A stretch of 64,000 nt of DNA, taken from positions 288,001-352,000 of the forward strand of contig CAVVMW010000006.1 of assembly GCA_963749495.1 (NCBI GenBank), given 5' to 3'. Source of the stretch: an uncultured bacterium (GTDB taxonomy: Bacteria > Verrucomicrobiota > Verrucomicrobiia > Limisphaerales > UBA8199). Positions 9,625 through 19,331 of the stretch are shown piece by piece; the stretch's first letter is position 1, and each line of letters opens with the position of its first letter. The notes beneath the pieces were generated by a model that had not been told where the DNA came from, did no database searches, and saw nothing but the letters and a program-made list of their open reading frames with translations. Made by a program: the position numbers and the translations under genes.

Positions 9625-11291
9625 ATGACACTTCACCCCCTTCTCCTGGGCCTGGCTGTGGGCGGCGCGCTGCTGACTCGAGGCTCTGCCGAGGACCGCA
9701 CGCAGGCGCGCTCGATGGTCATCACACGCCATGGGATTGTGGCGACCGAGCATCCGCTCGCCTCGCAGGTCGGGGCCATGATCCTCGCCCAGGGCGGCAA
9801 CGCCGTGGATGCCGCCGTTGCGGCCAATGCGGCGCTGGGCGTCATGGCGCCGATGGCCAACGGCATCGGCGGCGACATCTTCGCCATCGTCTATGAGGCC
9901 CGGAGCGGCAAGCTCTACGGCCTCAACGCCAGCGGTTGGGCCCCCGCCGGGCTGACGCCCGAATTGCTCCGGAGCAAAGGAATCTCGCAAATGCCCCAGA
10001 GCGGGATCCATTCGGTCACCGTGCCGGGGGCGGTGGACGGGTGGACAAAGCTGCTCGGGCGTTTTGGGCGGAAGCGCCTGGCGGACGTGCTGGCCCCGGC
10101 CATTGGCTATGCCGAGAAGGGGTTCCCCGTGACCGAGATTCTTCGAGCTCACTGGGTGGACTGTGAAAGGAAACTGCGTCAGGACACCAATGCCGCGGGC
10201 ACCTTTTTGTTGCAGGGTCAAGCGCCCCGGCCGGGCGAGATTTTCCGCAACCCCGACCTGGCCTGGTCCTACCGGCAACTGGCCCGGCACGGCCGCAGGG
10301 CCTTTTATGAAGGCGCTATCGCGCAGCGGATTCTTGCCTGTTCCAGGGCCCACGGCGGCGCCATGACGGCCGAAGACCTGGCCAGGTTCTCCAGCGAGTG
10401 GGTCGAGCCGGTCTCCACGACCTACCGCGGCTGGACGGTCTGGGAGATGCCGCCCAACGGCCAGGGAATTGCCGCCCTGCTCATGCTCAACCTGATGGAG
10501 AGTTTTCCCATCGCCGATTACGGCCCCGGCTCCGCCAATGCGCTGCACGTGATGATCGAGGCCAAGAAACTCGCCTACGCCGACCTGCTGCGCTACGACT
10601 GCGACCCCAGGTTCAACCGGGTCCCGGTGGCGGGCCTGCTCTCGAAGGCCTACGCTCGCGACCGCGCCAGGCTCATCGACCTCGACAAAGCCCGGCCCCA
10701 GGCCCAGGCCGGCCAACCGCCCATGGGCACCGACACCACGTACCTCTGCGTCGTGGACGCCGAGGGCAACATGGTCTCCTACATCCAGAGCAACTACAAC
10801 TCCTTCGGCTCGGGCCTGGTGCCCGGCGGCGCTGGCTTCGCCCTGCAAAACCGCGGCGGCCTCTTCAGCCTCGACCCCCGCAGTCCCAACCTGCTGGCCG
10901 GCCGCAAGCGCCCCCTCCACACCATCATCCCCGCCTTCATGAGCAAAGACCAGGTCCGCATCGCCTTCGGCATCATGGGCGGCTGGAACCAGGCCCAGGC
11001 CCACGCCCAATTCGTCTCCGACATCGCCGACCACAAGATGAATATCCAGGCGGCGCTGGAGGCCCCGCGCTTTACCAAACAGACCGTGCCCGGCTCGATG
11101 TCCAAATCGAATGCCGCGTCCCCGCCGCGGCGCGCGCCGCCTTGGCGGCCAAAGGACACCAACTGGAGGTGCGCGGCGACTTCGCCGCCGCCGTGGGCGG
11201 CGGCCAGGCCGTGATGCGCGATTTGGCCCAGGGCGTAAACTACGGCGCCTCCGACCCCCGCAAAGACGGCGCGGCCGTCCCGCAACCGTGA
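9625..11291 (+). CDS. ggt: Gamma-glutamyltransferase, -1 frameshift near 11095
   Basis: GGNAVDAAVA, GIGGD, DTTYLCVVD (catalytic Thr), KRPLHTIIP. C-terminal GASDPRKDGAA lies in the next frame. Confidence 0.9.
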
Positions 11292-11538
11292 ATGGGGGGG
11301 ACACTGAGGTGAAAGGCCTCATTGAAGGCAGGAACGTCACCGGGGCAAACCCCTCACCCCGGCCCTCTCCCCTTCCGAAGGGGAGAGGGAGAGACGTTCG
11401 GCAGTCTCGGGAGCTTCCAGGTGTCTGCGCTTGCTCAAAGCGCTGCCAAGAACTCTCCCTCTCCCCTCGGAGGGGAGAGGGCCGGGGTGAGGGGTCTGCC
11501 CGCGTGACGCTCGCGCCTCCACAGAGGCCCGGCACATC

Positions 11539-12891
11539 TCACTCGTAGCGCAGGGCCTGAATCGGGTCGAGGCGGGCGGCCTTTAGGGCGGGGAAGAGCC
11601 CGGCGGCGACGCCCACGGCGGCGCTGAAGGCGACGGCGACGGCCATCGCCATGGGAGTGATGACCGGGGCGTTGGCGGTGGGGCTGATTTCTTCGAGCAG
11701 GCGCACGAAGCCGCAGGAGGTGACGACCCCCAGGGCGGCGCCGAGCAGGGCGATGACGACGCTCTCGATAAGGACCTGGATGAAGACCGCCAGGCCGGTG
11801 GCGCCAACGGCCTTGGAGATGCCGATCTCGCGGATGCGCTCGTTGATGCTGGCCAGCATGATATTCATGATGCCGATGCCCCCGACGATGAGGCTGATGG
11901 CGGCGATAATGCCGCCGCTCATCCGGGCATTGCGAATCTGCCGGTTGATGTTCTCCAACTGGGTTTCCTGCGTCTGAAACCCGAAGTCCTCGATGCCGCG
12001 GTGGGTGAGCATGAGCACGTTGCGGACCTGCTGCAGGGCCGGCTCCATCTCGTCCAGGGACCCCACTTTGATGTTGATGTCCGTCAGGCGGTTGTCGGGC
12101 ACGCCATTGGTATCGCCAGCGGCGCGGAAGCGTATCCAGGCCGTGTTCAGCGGCATATACAGGGTGAGGTTCTTGCGCCAGAATGCCCAGTTGCCCCGCC
12201 CCCAGCCTTTGCGCCGGGTCGGGCCGCTTTGGACTGCCTGGGGCTGTCTCTTGGCCAATTCACGCTGCTTCTTCTCCTGTTCGCCCTCGTAATGGGCGAA
12301 CATGCCGACGATGGTGAAGGGCTGGCCGTTGAGGTCGATGACGTTGCCAATGGGCACGATTTCCTGCCCGGTTTGCTCCGGCGACCCAAACAACTCGTCG
12401 CGAATGCCCGTGCCGATGACGCACACGGGGTTGGCGTTTTCCTCGTCAAGGTCGGTGAAGAACCGGCCATATTCGAGGGTGTGCAGGTTCATGTCCAGGA
12501 CGGCCGGCGAGACGCCGACCGTCTCGGAGGGCATCACGCTCTTTTCGCCGTGCGTGGCAGTGATGCCCCAGATGGCCATCTGGGGCGAGATGAGCCGGAG
12601 CAGGGAGGCGTTTTGCCGCAGCGCCTCCACGTCGGTCATCGTGCGTCCGGGGGCCTGGTCCGCCAGGTGCTCCTGGTCCACCGGCACGTCCTCGTCCTGG
12701 ACCAGGACCTTGTCCGCGCCGCCCATGGCGATCATGGTCTCTTTCATGCCGTTTTCCATCCCCTTGATGATCGCGGCCATCCCCACCAGGCTCGCCACCC
12801 CCAGGATGATCCCCATCATCGTCAGCAGCGAGCGGAACTTGTGCGCCCACACTTCCTTGAGGCCGACCACGATGGTGTTGAGGAGGTTCAC
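11539..12891 (-). CDS. MacB/FtsX-like ABC transporter permease
   Basis: RSLLTMMGIILGV; GGIGIMNIMLASINERIREIGI; AARLDPIQALRYE. Confidence 0.9.
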   Translation of the reverse strand: MNLLNTIVVGLKEVWAHKFRSLLTMMGIILGVASLVGMAAIIKGMENGMKETMIAMGGADKVLVQDEDVPVDQEHLADQAPGRTMTDVEALRQNASLLRLISPQMAIWGITATHGEKSVMPSETVGVSPAVLDMNLHTLEYGRFFTDLDEENANPVCVIGTGIRDELFGSPEQTGQEIVPIGNVIDLNGQPFTIVGMFAHYEGEQEKKQRELAKRQPQAVQSGPTRRKGWGRGNWAFWRKNLTLYMPLNTAWIRFRAAGDTNGVPDNRLTDINIKVGSLDEMEPALQQVRNVLMLTHRGIEDFGFQTQETQLENINRQIRNARMSGGIIAAISLIVGGIGIMNIMLASINERIREIGISKAVGATGLAVFIQVLIESVVIALLGAALGVVTSCGFVRLLEEISPTANAPVITPMAMAVAVAFSAAVGVAAGLFPALKAARLDPIQALRYE

Positions 12892-12945
12892 GAGAAGGAG
12901 GCGTGAAACGTGAAACGTGAAACGTGAAACGTGCCGGGCAGGAGG

Positions 12946-14433
12946 CTACTCATATCTTAGCGCCTGGATCGGGTTTAAGCGCGCGGCCTTGACCGCCGGG
13001 AACAGGCCGGCGAGGACGCCGATGAGGGCGCTGGCGCCGAAGGCCAGGGCGAGCGCACCCAAGGTGACGATGGGGGCGTTGCCGGTGGGGGAGAAGTGCG
13101 AGATGAGCTGGACCAGTCCATAGGAGGTGGCCAGCCCGGCCAGGCCGCCCAGCAGAGCGATGACCATCGATTCGACCAGGATTTGGATGAAGATGTCGCC
13201 GGTGGCGGCGCCGACGGATTTGCGGATGCCGATCTCGCGAACGCGCTCGGAGATGCTCGCGAGCATAATGTTCATGATGCCGATGCCGCCGACCAGCAGG
13301 CTGATCCCGGCGATGAGGCCGCCGCTGAGCCGGGCATTGCGCACGAAGGTCTTGATTTGCTCGGCCCAATCCTCCTGAGTGCGGAAGGAAAAATCCTCGA
13401 TGCCGTGATGGGTACACATGAGCACGTTGCGGACCTGCTGGAGGGCCTCGGGAAGCACGTCCACCGAGGCGACCTTCAGTTCGAGGGCCGAGAGGCGAGG
13501 GTCGCCTGTTGCCCCGATGGGCATGCCATTGCCGGTGCTGATGGCCGCGCGGGTGGCGCCGGCCCGGAATTTCATCCACACCGTGTTGAGCGGCAGAAAG
13601 ACCGTGGCGTTCTTGAGATAGAAAACGAAACTGCCCCCGCGCCGGCCCCAGCCGCGATTGCGCGCGGGACCGGTCTTTTGCCGCGCGGGGTTGGCCTGGG
13701 CAGCCTCCCGCTCCTTGCGGTCCTGCTCGCTCTCGTAATGTTGGAACATGCCGATGACGGTAAAAGGGATGCCGTTGATGAAGAGCGTTTCGCCCACCGG
13801 GTTGATCCCAGAGCCAACCTCCTCCGGCGAGCCCCAGAGCCTGTCCCGGGTGGCGGTGCCGATCACGCACACGCTCCGGGCCATCTCGTCATCCAGTTCG
13901 TTGAACATCCGGCCGTATTGGACGACGTGCTCGCTCATCTCCAGGGCCACCGGCCAAACCCCGGCGCAGTACCAGGGGCGAAACCTCTTGCCGTTGGCCG
14001 AGAGCGTGGCCCAAAAACGCATCTCCGGCGAGGTCCGGGTCACCAGCGGCGCGCTCTGCTGCAAGGCATAAACGTCGTTGATGGTCACCCCGACGGCCTC
14101 GTCGGTGAGATACCGCTGTTCGGGGGGCAGGTCCTGGGCCTCGATGCGCACTTTCTCCAGCCCGCCGATGGCCACCAGCGCCTCTTTGGCCCCTTTCTCC
14201 ATCCCCGCCACCAGGGCGGACATGGCCACCAGGCTCGACACCCCCAGGATGATCCCCAGCATCGTCAGCAACGAGCGGAACTTGTGCGACCAGATTTCCT
14301 TCAGACCCGTCTGCACCGTGACCAGGGCCTGTTGCGACGAGTGCCGCACCTCCTCGGGGCCGACCCCAAGGAAGGTCCCGGCCGAAGGGGCGGCGGGCTG
14401 GCCGTTGCAGGATTGCACAGGGTTTTGCTCCAT
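12946..14433 (-). CDS. MacB/FtsX-like ABC transporter permease
   Basis: Same motif set (GGIGIMNIMLASISERVREIGIRK; LNPIQALRYE). The true start may be downstream. Confidence 0.9.
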   Translation of the reverse strand: MEQNPVQSCNGQPAAPSAGTFLGVGPEEVRHSSQQALVTVQTGLKEIWSHKFRSLLTMLGIILGVSSLVAMSALVAGMEKGAKEALVAIGGLEKVRIEAQDLPPEQRYLTDEAVGVTINDVYALQQSAPLVTRTSPEMRFWATLSANGKRFRPWYCAGVWPVALEMSEHVVQYGRMFNELDDEMARSVCVIGTATRDRLWGSPEEVGSGINPVGETLFINGIPFTVIGMFQHYESEQDRKEREAAQANPARQKTGPARNRGWGRRGGSFVFYLKNATVFLPLNTVWMKFRAGATRAAISTGNGMPIGATGDPRLSALELKVASVDVLPEALQQVRNVLMCTHHGIEDFSFRTQEDWAEQIKTFVRNARLSGGLIAGISLLVGGIGIMNIMLASISERVREIGIRKSVGAATGDIFIQILVESMVIALLGGLAGLATSYGLVQLISHFSPTGNAPIVTLGALALAFGASALIGVLAGLFPAVKAARLNPIQALRYE

Positions 14434-14974
14434 GGTTGCTGGTCAGGCTGGGCGTTCAGCGTCCTGCACAGGTGCGGGACCAGGTTTGGAGTGAATGTTC
14501 ACGCGGGGTGGACTTCGAGCTTTGTCCCGGAGGGACATCCCGAAAATAGCCCGGCGCTTCAGCGCCGGGTACGATGTTCCAAAGAGGCCGCGTCCCGAAA
14601 GGGACGCCTGAGGCTCAGTGGCTGATGTATGGCATGCGGCTGATTCAGCCGTCCCTTCGGGACGGACGCAACGTTAAAGGGCTTGTCCCGGCGCTGAAGC
14701 GCCGGGCTATTATCGAGATGTCCCTCCGGGACAACCACTGATCGCAAGCCAGGTGACATCTCGAAAGGTGCGGACAAGGCCGAGGCAAATGCGCAGATGC
14801 GCACCTCAAGAGTTACGACGGCGAAAAAGCGCGAGAGCCTTTTGGACTGCGGTCCCGATGGATCGGGACCGCTTTTAGGTTCGGGGCGGCACGAAAGCGC
14901 CAGAGGACTGGCGCAGTCCAAAACCTTCGGGCCTTCACCGCCTTCGGCTTCCACGCAACTCTCGCATCGGGGTT

Positions 14975-15724
14975 TCATGGAGCGGCTGGGCTCGGAGTGT
15001 GCGTGGGGGGCGTCGGCGGCGCCACGCGAGCCAGGCCCGCGAGGGCCGGGTCGGTCTTGAGGGCGATCTTGCCGTCGCGAATCTCGATGCGCCTGGGCGT
15101 GACTGCCGCAATCTCCGGGTCATGCGTGACCAGCACCATGGTCCGGCCCTCCTGGCTGAGCTTGCGGAAGAGCTGCAGGATGGTGTCGCCGGTGATCGAA
15201 TCCAGGTTGCCGGTCGGTTCGTCGGCAAAGACGATGCGCGGGTGGTTGACCAGGGCGCGGGCGATGGCGGCACGCTGCTGCTGGCCGCCGGAGAGTTGGC
15301 TGGGGCGGTGCCGGGCGCGGTTGGCCAGGTCCACCTCTTCGAGGGCGGCCATGGCCCGCTGGCGCCGTTCCCGGCCTGAGATGCCGCTGTAGATCATCGG
15401 CAGTTCCACGTTTTGCACCACGTTCAACTTGGGCAACAGGTTGAAGAACTGGAACACGAACCCGATCTTCCGGTTGCGAATGGCCGCCAATTGCCGCGGC
15501 GAGGCAGCCTGGATCATGGTGCCGTCGAGGCGGATCGTCCCTTTGGTGGGTGAATCCAGGCAGCCCAGGATGTGCATTAGCGTGGATTTGCCGCTGCCGG
15601 ACGGGCCGATGATCGAGATGAATTCACCCTCCTGGATGTCCAGCGAGACGTCGTCCAAGGCGCGGATTTCCTCCTCACCCAGGCGGTAGATCTTGCTGAC
15701 GTTGCGGAGTTCGACCAAAGCCAT
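14975..15724 (-). CDS. ABC transporter ATP-binding protein (LolD/MacB type)
   Basis: GPSGSGKST, LSGGQQQR, ADEPTGNLD. Confidence 0.93.
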   Translation of the reverse strand: MALVELRNVSKIYRLGEEEIRALDDVSLDIQEGEFISIIGPSGSGKSTLMHILGCLDSPTKGTIRLDGTMIQAASPRQLAAIRNRKIGFVFQFFNLLPKLNVVQNVELPMIYSGISGRERRQRAMAALEEVDLANRARHRPSQLSGGQQQRAAIARALVNHPRIVFADEPTGNLDSITGDTILQLFRKLSQEGRTMVLVTHDPEIAAVTPRRIEIRDGKIALKTDPALAGLARVAPPTPPTHTPSPAAP

Positions 15725-15730
15725 GAGGGC

Positions 15731-17071
15731 TCACTTGGTGGGGGCGGCGGCGGCTCCGCTGCGCGGCGTTGCGGGCGGGCTGCCGGTGGTCGTGGCTGCG
15801 GCGGCGGCGGTCGTGGCGGCCGGGCCGCTCCTGGGCAAGGCCTCGGCGACCGAGGCCGCTCTGGGCAAGGCCGCCGTGGCCGCCTTTGTGGCATTGGTGG
15901 AGGCCGGGGCTTGGGCTCGAGGCGGCGCCGGGCCCTTCTCCCCGCCGGGGCGCATACCGGCCAGTTGATGGTTTTGTTTTTCGCGCTCCTCCTTGGGCAA
16001 CTCGAGCGACACCACCTCGCCTGGTTTCAACCCGTCCTGGATCTCGGCAAAGAAGAAATCGGAGACACCTACCTTGACGTTGCGCTTGTCGAAGGCCTCG
16101 CCGCGCTGGACATAGACGAACCGTTCCATGTCAAGGGTATCGGGATTCTTCTCGGTAAAGACGGCCGAGATGGGCACGGCCGTCACGTTGTCGGCCGAGG
16201 CGACGGGGATCTTGACGTTGGCGGTCATGCCGGGGCGCGCGCGCGGGTCAACATTCTTGAGCACGACTCGGGCCGGATAGCCTTTGATGTTGTTCTTGAT
16301 GACGGATTGGGGTTGTATCCGCTCGACCACCCCGGTGATCTGAAGGCCGACCACGGCCTCGATGGTGACATCAACGGTTTCGCCCTGTTTGATGCGGGGC
16401 ACGTCGGCCTGGTTGACCTGGGCATTGATGATCATCGAGTTGAGGTCGGCGATAGTGAGCACCTCGGTGCCGCCGTTAAAGCCATCGGAGCCGGAGACTG
16501 CCTGGCCCATCGAGACGGGGCGGGTGAGGATGGTGCAATCGAAGGGGGCCTTGACGATGGTGTAGGCCAGTTGCTCCTCGGTGATGGCCAGGGCGCGCTG
16601 GGCGCTTTCGAGGGCGTTCTTGGCCAGTTCGTCGGTGGTCTTGGTGTCGTCATAGGTTTCCTGGGAGATGAGCTTGTCGGCCAGGAGTTCCTCCGCCCGC
16701 TTGAGGTCCCGCGCCGCCTTTTCCAGGCTCACCTTTGCCTTGTCAATGTCCGTCACGTTGGAGGCGCGCCGCTGCTGCAGTTCCTTATCGTCCAGCTTGA
16801 AGAGCAGGTCCCCTTGCTTGACGCGGTCGCCCACGTCCACCGGCAGGAGGACAATCCGCCCGGTGACCTGCGGGCGGACGGAGACCTGCTCAGCGGGGCT
16901 GATCTCGCCGGCGGCGGTCACGGAGAAGTTGATGCTGCGCAGCTCCGCCACGGCAGTGCTGGGCCGCCCGGCCATCGAGGGGTCCGGGTGGGTCTTCTGC
17001 CAGTTCTTCCAATACGCGTAGCCGGCCAAACCGGCTCCCGCTATGACTGCCAGGGCAATCCACTTCTTCAT
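15731..17071 (-). CDS. MacA-like periplasmic adaptor subunit
   Basis: N-terminal anchor MKKWIALAVI, lipoyl-like GDRVKQGDLL, alpha-hairpin, RPGMTANV, Ala/Pro-rich tail. Confidence 0.88.
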   Translation of the reverse strand: MKKWIALAVIAGAGLAGYAYWKNWQKTHPDPSMAGRPSTAVAELRSINFSVTAAGEISPAEQVSVRPQVTGRIVLLPVDVGDRVKQGDLLFKLDDKELQQRRASNVTDIDKAKVSLEKAARDLKRAEELLADKLISQETYDDTKTTDELAKNALESAQRALAITEEQLAYTIVKAPFDCTILTRPVSMGQAVSGSDGFNGGTEVLTIADLNSMIINAQVNQADVPRIKQGETVDVTIEAVVGLQITGVVERIQPQSVIKNNIKGYPARVVLKNVDPRARPGMTANVKIPVASADNVTAVPISAVFTEKNPDTLDMERFVYVQRGEAFDKRNVKVGVSDFFFAEIQDGLKPGEVVSLELPKEEREKQNHQLAGMRPGGEKGPAPPRAQAPASTNATKAATAALPRAASVAEALPRSGPAATTAAAAATTTGSPPATPRSGAAAAPTK

Positions 17072-17190
17072 TTCGATTAGGAGAGCCCAGATTAACCGCA
17101 ACGACCCCCTCCTGCAAATGCAATCGCACAATCAGGGCTTGCTACTTTGGCCCTAAAACGGTTTGTTCGGGGCCGCAGTTTTAGACGCAA

Positions 17191-18090
17191 ATGAAGCCGG
17201 CGTATTTAATTATTCTGCTGGTCATGAACCTTTTCTGGGCTGGGGTGTATTCCGCCAACAAGGTCCTGGGCGAGGAGCATTTGGGGAGCGGAGGTGTGGT
17301 CACGTTGCGCTTCGGCCTGGCGGGGCTCTGCCTGCTGCTGGCCTGGCCATGGCTGCCGGGGCCGGCCCCGCGCGGGCGCGACCTGCTCAAGACCTGTCTG
17401 ATCGGGTTGATGGGCTACGTGCTGGGGCAGCGCCTCCAGGTCTATGGCAACCAGATGGGCACCGCCGGCAACTGCGCCGTCCTGATGGCCCTCGAACCGA
17501 TTTTGACCTCCGTGGCGGCCGCGGCCTTCCTCCGCGAGCATATCGGGCCGCGCCGCCTCGCCGGCTTTGCCCTGGGCCTGGCCGGCGTGGCCGTCCTGAA
17601 CCGGGTCTGGCGGACCGATTTCCAATGGACTGGCTTGGCGGCAAGCCTGATCTTCGTTTGCTCCTTCCTCTGCGAGGCGGCCTACTCGGTCATCGGCAAG
17701 CCCGTCGTCGCCCGGGCGAGCGTTATGAAGATGCTGGCCATCTCGCTGCTGGCCGGCACGGCGGTCAACCTGTTGATCGATGGACCCGCCACGCTGGCCG
17801 CCGCCCGGTCTCTCTCCCCCCGGGCCTGGGCCTTGCTGGCGATGCTCTCGGTCATTTGCACGTCGATCGGCTACAGCGTCTGGTTCATCGTTATCCGCCA
17901 ATGCCCCATCAACGTCGCCGCCCTCACCATCTTCGTGCAATCGGTCTTCGGCGTCCTGCTGGCCGCCCTCTGGCTGGGCGAGCCCCTCCACTGGGGCCAC
18001 GCCCTGGGCAGCGCCACGATAGTCGCGGGGCTGGTTTTGGGACTCTCAAGGCAGGTGGGCAGCGGCGCAGCCGCGGGGGGAGGGAAATGA
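17191..18090 (+). CDS. EamA/DMT family transporter
   Basis: 299 aa, about 10 TM helices in two repeats; LWLGEPLHW. Confidence 0.88.
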   Translation: MKPAYLIILLVMNLFWAGVYSANKVLGEEHLGSGGVVTLRFGLAGLCLLLAWPWLPGPAPRGRDLLKTCLIGLMGYVLGQRLQVYGNQMGTAGNCAVLMALEPILTSVAAAAFLREHIGPRRLAGFALGLAGVAVLNRVWRTDFQWTGLAASLIFVCSFLCEAAYSVIGKPVVARASVMKMLAISLLAGTAVNLLIDGPATLAAARSLSPRAWALLAMLSVICTSIGYSVWFIVIRQCPINVAALTIFVQSVFGVLLAALWLGEPLHWGHALGSATIVAGLVLGLSRQVGSGAAAGGGK

Positions 18091-18222
18091 CGAATGACGA
18101 ATGACGAATGACGAATGACGAAAGGGACCAAGGGACTGGGGGAACGCGGGGCATTTCGTCATTCGTCATTCGTCATTCGTCATTCCTTTCTCCGGCACTG
18201 GACGTTGCCCGGCGTCCCGCGT

Positions 18223-18966
18223 ATGCTCTGGCCGGTGGAAAGCATTTTAGAACGAGCCCTGGGCCAGAACGGCGGGCAAGCGGCGATGACGGAGAAGCGG
18301 GACTTGCTGGCGCGCCTTCTGGGGCGGTTGGCGCACGAGATCCGCAACCCGCTCAGTTCGCTGGACATTCACGTGCAGTTGCTCGAAGAGGACCTCGTCA
18401 CGCTGGCGCCCCATCTGCGGCAGCAATTGACCGCGCGCCTGGACATCATCCAGGGGGAACTGCACCGCCTGGAGAGCATTGTCGAGAACTTCCTCCGGCT
18501 CAGCGGACCGTCGGCCCTGGATTTGGAGCTGGTCGAGATCATCAAGCTGGTCACGCACGTTTGCGAGCTGCTGCGTCCGGAGGCGGCGGCGCGCGAGATC
18601 GAGATCGTTGCCTCCGTCCAAAGCGGGCTGCCGCAAGTGATGGCCGACCCGGTCCGGCTGATGCAGGCGCTGTTGAACCTGATCATCAACGCGATGCAGG
18701 CCGTCGAGCGCAAGGGGCGCATCGATGTGAGCGGCAGCGTGGCCGGCGAGACGCTGGAGGTGGTCGTCCGCGACACCGGCCCGGGCATCCCGGCGGACAA
18801 GCTCGCCTCCATCTTCGACCCGTATTTCACCACCAAAGCCGAGGGCAACGGTCTTGGCCTGTGGATTGCCCAGCAAATTGTCGTGGCGCACGGCGGCGCC
18901 CTCAAGGCGCAAAACGCCCCGGCCGCGGGCGCCCTGTTCACCATGACCCTGCCCCTGCGCCGGTGA
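18223..18966 (+). CDS. Cytoplasmic histidine kinase (HisKA + HATPase only)
   Basis: LAHEIRNPL, NLIINA, DTGPGI, FDPYFTTK, GNGLGL. No TM or sensor domain. Start at 18223 or 18286. Confidence 0.88.
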   Translation: MLWPVESILERALGQNGGQAAMTEKRDLLARLLGRLAHEIRNPLSSLDIHVQLLEEDLVTLAPHLRQQLTARLDIIQGELHRLESIVENFLRLSGPSALDLELVEIIKLVTHVCELLRPEAAAREIEIVASVQSGLPQVMADPVRLMQALLNLIINAMQAVERKGRIDVSGSVAGETLEVVVRDTGPGIPADKLASIFDPYFTTKAEGNGLGLWIAQQIVVAHGGALKAQNAPAAGALFTMTLPLRR

Positions 18967-18970
18967 TGAG

Positions 18971-19327
18971 GAATGACGAATGACGAATGACGAATGACGA
19001 ATGACGAATGACGAATGACGAATGACGAATGACGAATGACGAATGACGAATGACGAAAATCTCAGATTTCAGATCTGAGATCTGAAATCTGAGATCGCGC
19101 GTCTGGGCGCTGGACTGTGGACTGTGGGCGGTGGACTGTGGACTGTGGGCGGTGGACTGTGGACTGTGGGCGGTGGACTGTGGACTGTGGACTGTGGACT
19201 GTGGACTGTGGACTGTGGACTGTGGACTGTGGACTGTGGACTGTGGACCGTGGACTGTGGACTGTGGACTGTGGACTGTGGGCGGTGGACTGTGGACTGT
19301 GGACTGTGGACTGTGGACTGTGGACTA
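18971..19327. repeat. Compound microsatellite: 12 x GAATGAC, a short AGATTTC palindrome, about 30 GGACTGT/GGGCGGT heptamers
   Basis: Directly visible between the kinase and regulator genes. Confidence 0.92.
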
Positions 19328-19331
19328 ATAG

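Noticed and set aside
18971..19327. Tandem repeat arrays as a CRISPR array
   Set aside because: The units are 7-12 bp and head-to-tail, with no unique spacers, and no cas genes are present in the window.
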